Both the position numbers and the translations under genes were made by a program. The notes under the pieces are model-generated. The model was not told the DNA's origin. It ran no database searches and saw nothing but the letters and a program-made list of their open reading frames with translations. Positions 1-8,709 of a stretch of DNA of 64,000 nucleotides are shown here, one piece after another. This DNA comes from an uncultured Verrucomicrobiae bacterium. Lineage in GTDB: Bacteria > Verrucomicrobiota > Verrucomicrobiia > Chthoniobacterales > UBA10450. Position 1 is the first letter of the stretch. Each line of letters begins with the position of its first letter. Where the stretch lies: the NCBI GenBank assembly GCA_963815455.1, contig CAWFGO010000001.1, positions 928,001-992,000 on the forward strand, written 5' to 3'.

Positions 1-94
1 GGGAGCGCGCTCGCGGTTGCTGCGCGCAACCGATCAGCCCACACGCGGCGGTAATGCCGATGGCCAGGCCAAGGCGTTTGGAAATTTCCAACAT
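1..94 (-). CDS. Putative lipoprotein, N-terminus only (runs off the window edge)
   Basis: Manual translation MLEISKRLGLAIGITAACGLIGCAQQPRARS: basic N-region, hydrophobic stretch and LIGC lipobox. Confidence 0.55.
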   Translation of the reverse strand, partial: MLEISKRLGLAIGITAACGLIGCAQQPRARS

Positions 95-257
95 CAGCCG
101 TCCTCGATAGCACTGATGCCATGCCTGGCAAGCAATTATTGCCTGAAAAGCAGGCCCGGAGTTGCGGACCGGTGGATCGGCCGCTCCGCCGGACGATTTT
201 GAAAAATGCGGCTTTGCCGCCCAATTTTACCATCGAGCAAGGGACTGCTCGATCCAC

Positions 258-716
258 CTACGTCGCTGGCGCGCCGGAAAACTGCGTGGTGCAGTGCGGG
301 CAGCGAGTCGCTTTGATCGGAATGCTCATGGCGCAGGCCGGACAATCCTTGGCGACAGCAGCCGCAGTCGGCGACGGCCTCTTCAATTTGTTCATCGCCT
401 TCACCACGAGGAAAATACAGAAGGCGACGATAAGAAAATTGATTATCAAGGTAACAAAGTTTCCGTAGTTCCAGGTCACCGCGCCGGCCTTGGCTGCCTC
501 GGCTGGAGTGTTAAACACGCCCCCGCCCGGCGCGTCTTTCAGGATCATGAACTTGTTCGAGAAATCCAGACCGCCCGTGAGCAGTCCAATCGGCGGCATC
601 AGGATGTCTTTGACCAGCGAGTTAACAATTCCACCAAACGCCGCGCCGATGATTACGCCGACGGCCAGGTCAACCGCATTTCCCTTAACAGCGAACTCTT
701 TGAATTCCTTCCACAT
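258..716 (-). CDS. mscL: Large-conductance mechanosensitive channel with C-terminal CxxC..CxxC tail
   Basis: [41 protein letters not shown] signature. Confidence 0.95.
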   Translation of the reverse strand: MWKEFKEFAVKGNAVDLAVGVIIGAAFGGIVNSLVKDILMPPIGLLTGGLDFSNKFMILKDAPGGGVFNTPAEAAKAGAVTWNYGNFVTLIINFLIVAFCIFLVVKAMNKLKRPSPTAAAVAKDCPACAMSIPIKATRCPHCTTQFSGAPAT

Positions 717-731
717 AAGATGTCGGTTTAA

Positions 732-3542
732 CTAACCGACCACGATGTTGACAAGCTTTTTCGGCACAACCACGACTTTGCGAACGGTCTTGCCGGCGAC
801 GAGTTGTTGAATTTTCGGGTTGGCCAGCGCGGCGGTTTCCATTTCCTTCTCAGTCGCCAGGATCGACATCGTCATTCGGTCACGCACTTTGCCGTTCACC
901 TGAACTACGATTTCGACTTCGTCCTCGACAAGCAACCGTTCGTCATAATCGGGCCATTGTTGTCCGGTGATGTCGCCTTTCGCCTCCAGCTTTTCCCACA
1001 ACTCGGAAGAAAGATGCGGCGCGAATGGGTTAAGCAGAATCAGGAAAGTGCGCATGACCGAGACCGGAATTGCCTCCGCGTTGGTAAAGGCGTTCACGAA
1101 GATCATCATCTGCGAGATCGCGGTGTTGAATGAAAGCGATTCGATGTCCTCAGTGACTTTTTTGATCGTAGCGTGCAATATTTTCAGCTGCGCTTTGGAA
1201 GGATCGACATCTTTCACCGAAGGCGCCAACTCCCATTGGCCGGCTTGATTCTCGGTCATGATCAAACGCCAGACCCGGGCGAGGAAACGGAAAACACCTT
1301 CCACGCCGCGCATGCTCCATGGCTTCATTTGTTCGAGCGGCCCCATGAACATTTCGTAACAGCGAAAAGCATCGGCGCCGTATTGGGCGATAACGTCATC
1401 CGGATCGATCACGTTCCCCCAGCGCTTGGACATTTTGCGGCTGTCTTCGCCAAGAATCATCCCTTGATTCACAAGTCGCTGGAATGGTTCGGGCTTGGAT
1501 AAATAACCAAGATCGAACAACACCTTGTGCCAAAACCGCGCGTAAAGAAGATGCAACACCGCATGTTCGGTCCCGCCCACGTAAAGATCGACCATGCCAG
1601 GCGTGGCATCGGCATCCTGTCGATGAGACATGGGCTGGAAGCCCATGCCACTCCAGTATTTTTCGGCATCTTCACCAACGAAACGCTGGTCGTTTTGCGG
1701 ATCGCAAAATCTTAAGTAATACCAGCACGAGCCGGCCCACTGCGGCATCACGTTGGTTTCGCGCGTCGCCTTGTCGGAATAACGAACCCAATCCCTGGCC
1801 TTGGCTAAAGGCGGCTCCCCCGTGCCCGTCGGTTTGTAATCTTCGAGCGGCGGCGGAACGACTGGAAGTTCAGACTCATCAAGCGCCCGATGATGTCGAT
1901 GCTGCCCGTCCGGCTCGGACTCCCAAACCACAGGAAAAGGCTCTCCCCAGTAACGTTGCCGCGAGAATAACCAGTCGCGCAGTTTGTAATTGATCTTGCC
2001 TTTCCCCTGCTCGTGTTCCTCGAGCCATTTTGTAATCTTCTGAATTCCTTCTCTCGAAGGAAGTCCATCAATCAGGGGTGAATTGAGTGCGATCCCCTCG
2101 CCAACGAAGCAGTCATGATGGATAAAAGCTCGTTCCCCAATTGGATCAGGGGCATAACTGGCGAATTGTCCCTTCCGAATAGCTTCTTGGACATTTGCGC
2201 GATTCTCGTCGCTGATTTCTGCAACGACCGCGCGGATTTCGAGACCAAACTTCTTGGCAAATTCAAAGTCCCGTTCGTCGTGTCCGGGGACGCCCATGAC
2301 CACACCGGTGCCATAGCTGGGGAGCACGTAATCGGCAATCCAAATCGGAATCCGTTCATTGTTTACCGGATTAATTGCGTAGGCGCCGGTGAAAACGCCC
2401 GTCTTTTTTTCAATATCAGCCTTCCGCGTCCGTTCTAGCTTCGATGCCGTCTCGTCTTGATAAGCCCGTATAGCTGCCAGCGGACTTACTCGTGCGGCAA
2501 TATTGTCGCCCTTCCAAGCATCCGGAGTTTGATCCGGCCATTCGTCGGGAAGGCTGAAGATACCGAGAATTAGATGCTCCGGTGCAAGCGTCAGGAATGT
2601 TGCCCCGTACAAAGTGTCGGGTCTCGTAGTGAATACAGGCAGTGGTTGCGCGACCATGCCGTGCTGGCTCTTCTCAAACCAACTCTTCGTCCGCTCAAGG
2701 GAAAGAATGCCGGGAACGGCTTGAGTGGCTAAACCAATTATGAACTCTATCTCGGCGCCTTCACTTTTACCGATCCAATCTTTCTGCAGACATTTGATGC
2801 CTTCTGGCCATTCCAGTCCGTCGAGCCCATCAATCAAGCGGTCGGCATAAGTAGTGATGCGCAGCATCCATTGTCGCATCGGCCGCCGCACTACGGGGAA
2901 TCCGCCTACTTCACTTTTTCCATCGACAACTTCCTCGTTGGCCAGGACAGTGCCTAACTCGGGACACCAGTTCACCGGAACCTCGGAGATGTAAGCGAGA
3001 CGCACTTCATCCGGGTTCTCGCCCCGGTAGGTCGAGATCGGCTCCGCCTTGTTGGTCTTGGGGTTGAACCAGGAATTGTAAATCTGGAGAAAAATCCACT
3101 GGGTCCACTTGTAGTAACGCGGATCGGTGGTGTTGATCTCGCGCTGCCAATCGTAGGAAAAGCCGATGCGTTTGAGCTGCGATTTGAATTTGGCCACGTT
3201 TTCTCGGGTCGTGATCGCGGGATGCTGGCCGCTCTTTATTGCGTATTGCTCGGCCGGCAAACCGAACGCGTCCCAGCCCATCGGATGCAACACATTGAAG
3301 CCGCGCATCCGTTTATACCGCGCGACGATGTCGGTGGCGGTGTATCCTTCCGGATGCCCGACGTGCAATCCCGCGCCGCTCGGGTACGGGAACATGTCGA
3401 GCACGTAAAACTTCGGCCTGGCCGGATCGAAGTTTTTTTCGCCGGGATTCGTGGCGTGGAAAAGCTGGCGCTCTTCCCAGATTTGCTGCCATTTCGGCTC
3501 AATCTGATCGAATGGATACGGTTTGCGGCGTTCGCTGCTCAT
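732..3542 (-). CDS. leuS: Leucine--tRNA ligase
   Basis: FPYPSGAGLHVGH, FTTRPDT, LRDWLFSRQRYWG and KMSKR motifs; start taken at MSSERR (3542). Confidence 0.98.
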   Translation of the reverse strand: MSSERRKPYPFDQIEPKWQQIWEERQLFHATNPGEKNFDPARPKFYVLDMFPYPSGAGLHVGHPEGYTATDIVARYKRMRGFNVLHPMGWDAFGLPAEQYAIKSGQHPAITTRENVAKFKSQLKRIGFSYDWQREINTTDPRYYKWTQWIFLQIYNSWFNPKTNKAEPISTYRGENPDEVRLAYISEVPVNWCPELGTVLANEEVVDGKSEVGGFPVVRRPMRQWMLRITTYADRLIDGLDGLEWPEGIKCLQKDWIGKSEGAEIEFIIGLATQAVPGILSLERTKSWFEKSQHGMVAQPLPVFTTRPDTLYGATFLTLAPEHLILGIFSLPDEWPDQTPDAWKGDNIAARVSPLAAIRAYQDETASKLERTRKADIEKKTGVFTGAYAINPVNNERIPIWIADYVLPSYGTGVVMGVPGHDERDFEFAKKFGLEIRAVVAEISDENRANVQEAIRKGQFASYAPDPIGERAFIHHDCFVGEGIALNSPLIDGLPSREGIQKITKWLEEHEQGKGKINYKLRDWLFSRQRYWGEPFPVVWESEPDGQHRHHRALDESELPVVPPPLEDYKPTGTGEPPLAKARDWVRYSDKATRETNVMPQWAGSCWYYLRFCDPQNDQRFVGEDAEKYWSGMGFQPMSHRQDADATPGMVDLYVGGTEHAVLHLLYARFWHKVLFDLGYLSKPEPFQRLVNQGMILGEDSRKMSKRWGNVIDPDDVIAQYGADAFRCYEMFMGPLEQMKPWSMRGVEGVFRFLARVWRLIMTENQAGQWELAPSVKDVDPSKAQLKILHATIKKVTEDIESLSFNTAISQMMIFVNAFTNAEAIPVSVMRTFLILLNPFAPHLSSELWEKLEAKGDITGQQWPDYDERLLVEDEVEIVVQVNGKVRDRMTMSILATEKEMETAALANPKIQQLVAGKTVRKVVVVPKKLVNIVVG
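1603..1651. repeat. REP-like palindrome inserted in frame in leuS
   Basis: GTGGCAT...ATGCCAC terminal inverted repeat with inner hairpin CATGGGCT-GGA-AGCCCATG. Confidence 0.75.
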
Positions 3543-3582
3543 CGGATTATCTCTTAGGAAAGCAGGAAAGCAGGAAAAGAAA

Positions 3583-4170
3583 ATGGATTTACTCCTGGCC
3601 ACGCGGAATGCGCATAAGACTCGCGAAATTCAGCGCATGCTCGGACCGCATTTCGCCGTGCGCGATTTGTCCGATCATCCCGAGATTCCCGAAATTGAGG
3701 AAAATGGAAGAACGTTCGAGGAAAATGCAGTTCTGAAGGCGATCGCCGTATCGGGAAGATTGCCCGGACTCGTCGTCGCAGATGATTCGGGCCTGGAGGT
3801 GGACGCGCTGAACGGCGCGCCTGGAATTTATTCCGCTCGTTACGCGGGGCCAAAGGCGACCGATCAGCAGAACAACGACAAGTTGCTACACGAGCTTGAA
3901 CGCACGGGCGCTGAAGAAGATCGGAGATCGGCGCGATTTTGCTGCGTTCTGGCCCTGGCCCAGGATGGACGTGTGCTCGAGACGCTCGAGGGAGTGGTCG
4001 AGGGAACGATTGTCGATGCTCCGCGCGGGCGCGGTGGATTCGGTTACGATCCGATTTTCAAGCCGAACGGATTCGATCAAACATTCGGCGAGATCGAGTC
4101 CGCAGAGAAAGATCGAGTGAGCCACCGGGCCTGCGCGCTGGAAAAATTAAGGGCGCGTTTGGCAACCTGA
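3583..4170 (+). CDS. rdgB: dITP/XTP pyrophosphatase (HAM1 family)
   Basis: LATRNAHK, ADDSGLEVDAL, GFGYDPIF and SHR motifs. Confidence 0.96.
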   Translation: MDLLLATRNAHKTREIQRMLGPHFAVRDLSDHPEIPEIEENGRTFEENAVLKAIAVSGRLPGLVVADDSGLEVDALNGAPGIYSARYAGPKATDQQNNDKLLHELERTGAEEDRRSARFCCVLALAQDGRVLETLEGVVEGTIVDAPRGRGGFGYDPIFKPNGFDQTFGEIESAEKDRVSHRACALEKLRARLAT

Positions 4171-4250
4171 ATGCGCAGTCGCGAAAAACAACCTCGGCCA
4201 TACTGGCTGAGCGCACTAGCTGACTCGTGCACTGCAAGCTGCGTAGGCGA

Positions 4251-4277
4251 AATCCCTCGCTAACGCTCGGGATGACA
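4251..4277. repeat. Half copy of the TGTCATCCYGAGC palindromic family
   Basis: Reverse complement TGTCATCCCGAGCGTTAGCGAGGGATT matches the copies at 7849, 20979, 22195 and 41771. Confidence 0.7.
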
Positions 4278-4327
4278 GGCGCGGTACGGCAGTGACCGAA
4301 CTGGCGCATCGAAACGCGCGGCGACAG

Positions 4328-4805
4328 TTATCGAGGAGGCTTTGGAGGCGGCGGCGCGCCTGGAGGCCCGCCGGGGGCCGCGGGAGCCCCGGGTGCCTGA
4401 GCAGCTCGAACCTGGTAGCCGACCTTTTTGATCTTCGCGAGCCGAACTTTGTCGAGTACCTGAGATCACGTCACCGTGCAAGGCCATCATCTCGGCGCTA
4501 ATCGAAACTTTGATTTCAGGATTTGCCTGATGCAGCTGATACAACTGCGGAAGGACCTGGTCATCCTGGACAAACTGGCCATCGAAGTAAACCGTGTTGC
4601 CTTCCCGCACCTGGATCGAAACATAATCCTTCTTGGGCGGGCCCGGGGGCGGCGGCCCGGAAGGCAAATTCACGTTTATGCCTTTCATGTGAGTCTGGCT
4701 CAAGCTCACCATCATGAAGCTGGCCAGGAGGAAGAACATGATGTCGATCAAGGGGATGATCTCGATTCGAGCCTTTTTGTGAGGAAGAGGTGAAGACAGT
4801 CGCAT
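4328..4805 (-). CDS. exbD: Biopolymer transporter ExbD, with a +1 frameshift near 4459
   Basis: IEIIPLIDIMFFLL motif; removing one base restores HGDVISVLDKVRLAKIKKVGYQV to a TAA at 4328-4330. Confidence 0.85.
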
Positions 4806-4807
4806 AA

Positions 4808-5446
4808 CTAATAAGAGGCTCCGGCCATGGTGAATGTGATGGGAATTTTCACTTTGGAGACGGTCCCCGGTTTAAACCGCCACTGTCGGAAGGTGCTAAG
4901 CGCGGAATTATCGAGAGCGGCATTGCCAATACTCTGGGCCATGGTCGCATCGGTAACGTGTCCGCTCCCTGTATCAACCGTAACCACGCAAACGCCGCTG
5001 CCGGTAATGTGGTGCGAACGCGCTTCGTAAGGATAAGCCGGCCGAGGCGCGTAAACCGCGAGAGCTTTGGCGCTGGAAATCGACATTGGGCCTGCCCGGC
5101 CAACTTGCTGGGTCTTAATCGGCGCAATTTTTTGCGGTCTGGGGACCTTCGGCGGCGGGGTCGTTTCCTCGTGAAACTCCGGTGTCATTTCCGGTTCCGG
5201 CGGGGGGGTCGGGGCAACGATTTCTTCCGGCGGCGGAGTTGGCTGTTCCTCCGCCTGCAAGGTAGCTTCGACCACCGCGCTTGGAATATCAGTAAGATCG
5301 ACAGGAGGAGCTTCGCGTTTCATGGCCAGAGCCACAGCGGTCAAATGGATCAGAACAGCGCCGCCCATTGCCGCCCATACCTGCCAGCGCGGCGGTGGCT
5401 GGTAGAGCACTGGCTTCACTGATTCCGGTGAGATGGGTTGCGCCAT
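4808..5446 (-). CDS. tonB: Energy transducer TonB
   Basis: N-terminal TM segment with His, Pro-rich linker, PAYPYEAR...WRFKP C-domain. Confidence 0.92.
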   Translation of the reverse strand: MAQPISPESVKPVLYQPPPRWQVWAAMGGAVLIHLTAVALAMKREAPPVDLTDIPSAVVEATLQAEEQPTPPPEEIVAPTPPPEPEMTPEFHEETTPPPKVPRPQKIAPIKTQQVGRAGPMSISSAKALAVYAPRPAYPYEARSHHITGSGVCVVTVDTGSGHVTDATMAQSIGNAALDNSALSTFRQWRFKPGTVSKVKIPITFTMAGASY

Positions 5447-5454
5447 AGAACGAA

Positions 5455-5898
5455 TTACCGACTGTTCCCGGACCCGGGCACGCCTTTGAGAGCCTCGCTC
5501 TTAATTTCGAATGAGACTTTCAAAAAACCGGACGCACGGAGCAGATCGAGCAATCGGATAATGTTGCCGTGCACGGTGTTCGCATCGCCCCGAATAAACA
5601 CCTTGGCCTCGGGATCGCCTTGGTGGACCAACTGCAATTTCTGCAGCATCGCGTCGTAACTCAGTTCCTGCTTGTCGAAGAAGAAATTTCCGTTTTGATC
5701 GACCGAGACGCTGATGTAATTATTTTTCGGCTGTATTTCGCCCGATTGGCCGGTGGGAAGCATGACTTTCATGCCCTTCATGTGCACCTGGCTCAAGCTC
5801 ACCATCATGAAACTGGCCAGCAGAAAGAACATGATGTCGATCAAAGGGATGATCTCGATCCGCCCCTTCTTGTGCACGATGAGGGATGGAATTTTCAT
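5455..5898 (-). CDS. exbD: Biopolymer transporter ExbD
   Basis: IEIIPLIDIMFFLL and VFIRGD motifs. Confidence 0.93.
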   Translation of the reverse strand: MKIPSLIVHKKGRIEIIPLIDIMFFLLASFMMVSLSQVHMKGMKVMLPTGQSGEIQPKNNYISVSVDQNGNFFFDKQELSYDAMLQKLQLVHQGDPEAKVFIRGDANTVHGNIIRLLDLLRASGFLKVSFEIKSEALKGVPGSGNSR

Positions 5899-5950
5899 GG
5901 CTCGTTGGTCTTAAATTCGGTTGCGTCTATTTCAAGAACGCGCCGGGTTT

Positions 5951-6892
5951 TTATCGGCCCGAACCCGCCGTTTCCTTTCTTGCGTTTGCTTCCAACATCA
6001 CCTCCAGATTGGTCGCTGCCGTTTGCAGTTCGAACTCCAAGTTAGACACTCGGGAGGTGAAAAAGTTAAACGGAATCAGCGCGAAGATCGCGATGCCAAG
6101 ACCGCACGCCGTGGCGATCAGCGCCTCGGCGATACCGCCCGTGACCGCTTGCACGGCCAACTCTTCGTTCCCAAGGAAGCTGAACGATCTAATCAGACCG
6201 GTAATGGTTCCCAACAAACCGAGCAACGGGGCCAGGGTCACCAGCGTGTCCATGACGACAAGAAACCGGCCGGCCCGCTTGATCTCGATACCGGCGGCCA
6301 CTTGCAAGGCGCCTTGGAGCGAAGCGTGCTGATGATTGAGACCGTTCCATAACATGCGCAGAATCGGATCGCGCTGCTCCCGGGAAAGTCTCGAGGCTTC
6401 GGCGATGTCGCCGTTCTCGACCGCGGTGAAAACCTTTTCGATTCGCTTCGGATCGCGCCGGAACCAGCGGCCCATCCACCAGAAGACTCGCTCGATCACA
6501 ACCGTCAGCGCCACGATCGAGACGATCAGGATCGGCCACATGATCGGGCCGCCCTTGATGAAATTGTCGATGAGAAAATTGCCGGTGAGCTGTTTTTCAC
6601 CCGCACCTGGCGCATTGGCCGGAGACGCAGAAGGCGAAGGGCTCAACGAAACAGCGATGCTCTGGCCTGGCATGGGCGAGCCAAGCGCTCCCGCGGGCGA
6701 CATTCCAGGCGCCATACCGGGTGACATCGCCGCCCCGGGCGACATGCTGGCAGCAGGCGCCGGCGGAATCGGCGCGCCCGGTTGCGCGGGCGAGGCCATG
6801 GGCGACCCGCCCTCGGGCGGAGGCGGATTTTGAGCGAACGAAGTTAGCGCGAGCGCGACAGTGCAGAGGCTGACAGTAAGCGATGTTTTCAT
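5951..6892 (-). CDS. exbB: MotA/TolQ/ExbB proton channel with signal peptide and Pro-rich N-extension
   Basis: APLLGLLGTITGLI and GIAEALIATACGL motifs. Confidence 0.93.
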   Translation of the reverse strand: MKTSLTVSLCTVALALTSFAQNPPPPEGGSPMASPAQPGAPIPPAPAASMSPGAAMSPGMAPGMSPAGALGSPMPGQSIAVSLSPSPSASPANAPGAGEKQLTGNFLIDNFIKGGPIMWPILIVSIVALTVVIERVFWWMGRWFRRDPKRIEKVFTAVENGDIAEASRLSREQRDPILRMLWNGLNHQHASLQGALQVAAGIEIKRAGRFLVVMDTLVTLAPLLGLLGTITGLIRSFSFLGNEELAVQAVTGGIAEALIATACGLGIAIFALIPFNFFTSRVSNLEFELQTAATNLEVMLEANARKETAGSGR

Positions 6893-7026
6893 AGTTGAGG
6901 CATTGGCCGAGTTACCGGCTCGGTTTTTCTTTCGACCGCTTTTATCCCAAATGGTTTGGCTGGAAGTCGAGAAAAACTTTTCATCATTTTATTTTCTCCT
7001 TGACCGCCTGAATGGGAGGCGCGCAT

Positions 7027-7797
7027 TCAACCTGGCCCGTTTACCACTCCGATTTGCAGGGACGGCCATTCGCCGATCCGTGCCTCGAGTTCATCGCCGG
7101 CCCGAATCGGGCCGACGCCGGATGGCGTGCCAGTCAAAATAACATCGCCGGGCAGGAGCGTCAGCGAGCGGCTGGCGAAAGCAACGATCTCCGCCACCGA
7201 GTAAATCATCTGGCTGGTGCGGGCGCGCTGTTTCGGTTCCCCATTCTGGCGGAGTTCAATGGCCAGGTCGCGAACATCATCGACATCGGCATACACAAAC
7301 GGCCCGATCGGTGTGTAGGTATCGAACGATTTACACCGCCCGAACTGTTTCTCCGATTTCTGTAAATCGCGATCGCTGATATCGAGTCCAATGCTGTAGC
7401 CAAAAACGGACTCGAGGGCCTTTCTCGCGGTCACGTTTTTGGCCGTCGCGCCAATGACGACCGCCAGCTCGATCTCGAAATCGGTCTGGTGCTCCGGATA
7501 AGCGATCTCGATCCTGCCTTTGTGTGGAAGAAGCGAGCTGGGCGCTTTGAACCAGATCAATGGCGTGCCCAGCGGCGTCCGCGACATTTCCTTGATATGC
7601 TCGGCGTAATTGAGCCCCACCGCGACCAGCTTCGAGGGCGCCACTGGAAGATCGACATCTGCGTCCTTGAGCTTGCGCACCTCACCCGTCGGTTCGATGT
7701 CGATCCAATAAGGACGCGCCAAGACGTGGACGTCGTCACTAATGATTTCGCCGTAGAAAGATTTGTCGCCTGACTTGAAACCGCCAAAGGTACGCAT
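7027..7797 (-). CDS. Fumarylacetoacetate hydrolase family protein
   Basis: VGLNYAEH, DFEIEL, KSFDT and PGDVILTGTPSGVG motifs. Confidence 0.93.
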   Translation of the reverse strand: MRTFGGFKSGDKSFYGEIISDDVHVLARPYWIDIEPTGEVRKLKDADVDLPVAPSKLVAVGLNYAEHIKEMSRTPLGTPLIWFKAPSSLLPHKGRIEIAYPEHQTDFEIELAVVIGATAKNVTARKALESVFGYSIGLDISDRDLQKSEKQFGRCKSFDTYTPIGPFVYADVDDVRDLAIELRQNGEPKQRARTSQMIYSVAEIVAFASRSLTLLPGDVILTGTPSGVGPIRAGDELEARIGEWPSLQIGVVNGPG

Positions 7798-7811
7798 TTA
7801 GGAATAAGAAC

Positions 7812-7836
7812 GGTAGGGCGAGACTCTGTCGAGCCG
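7812..7836. repeat. GTAG-type REP-like half element
   Basis: GTAG followed by an imperfect hairpin (GGTAGGGCGAGACTCTGTCGAGCCG). Confidence 0.45.
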
Positions 7837-7848
7837 ACTATTTTACCG

Positions 7849-7940
7849 TGTCATCCTGAGCGAAGCGCAGCGAAGTCGAAGGATCCCGCGGCGAACCTTA
7901 AACTGGTCCAACGGGATTCCTCGACTTCGCTCGGAATGGC
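7849..7940. repeat. Intergenic palindromic element, TGTCATCCYGAGC family
   Basis: TGTCATCCTGAGCGAAG...GGATCCCG...CGGGATTCCTCGACTTCGCTCGGAATGGC. Confidence 0.85.
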
Positions 7941-7947
7941 GAGGTGA

Positions 7948-8709
7948 TTATTTCGGCACGATCGCCACGAAATCACGCACCGTCTTCTGTTCCGAGATTG
8001 AAAAGGCGCCGCCTTCCTCGCGAGCGAACCAGAACGCGCTGGAGGAGCCGCCATCGAAATTCAGGGCGCGCTGAATTTTGAAATCGCTCGCCAAACCGGA
8101 GGCGAGAATTCCGGCCAATTCTGCCAGCGAAACCTGGGAACAATATCCCAGCGCTGCCCGATCGCCCGTTCCGATTGCCGCAAACGTTCGCCGAGCCGAG
8201 CGCGAATCATCCAAACCGCGGATGGGCTGGCCGGCATCGACGAGGAATGGTCCGCATTGAATCGCGGCGGTCGCTTGTAGTTTTCGCGAAAACTCGCGGG
8301 TGCGCACGATCTTCACTCCGCGAGGCGAGGCGAGCAGCACGCCGGTGATCAATCTGGCCCGAACCATGGGCACCGCTGTTTTTCCGTTGATAATGCGCAG
8401 GCCGATCGGCGCGAAGTTTGGATTAAAATAGCCCCCGTTCACCCCCGAGAGAGATTTTGTCCGTCTCATCGTTTCCGCGAGATCGTTGGCTCCGTCCGCG
8501 TTATCGATGACCCGCAGCGTGCACGCTTTGGTAGAAAACAGCGCAAGATCGACATCGGCGCTTCGGCCCGTTTCCGCGTTTTCCAACGCGATGTGCCGAT
8601 GGACGATTCCGGCGCGCCCCGGTTCCGATTCCGCGGAGACAGTCGTCCACTCCGCCTGCGCCGTGGCCGCAACAGCGAGAAAAAGAAGCGCGGCTCTAAG
8701 CTTTGCCAC
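7948..8709 (-). CDS. Secreted phosphodiester glycosidase (NAGPA-like) family protein
   Basis: Signal peptide; VNGGYF, QCGPFLV, ARRT and ALNFDGGSSS motifs. Confidence 0.85.
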   Translation of the reverse strand: MAKLRAALLFLAVAATAQAEWTTVSAESEPGRAGIVHRHIALENAETGRSADVDLALFSTKACTLRVIDNADGANDLAETMRRTKSLSGVNGGYFNPNFAPIGLRIINGKTAVPMVRARLITGVLLASPRGVKIVRTREFSRKLQATAAIQCGPFLVDAGQPIRGLDDSRSARRTFAAIGTGDRAALGYCSQVSLAELAGILASGLASDFKIQRALNFDGGSSSAFWFAREEGGAFSISEQKTVRDFVAIVPK

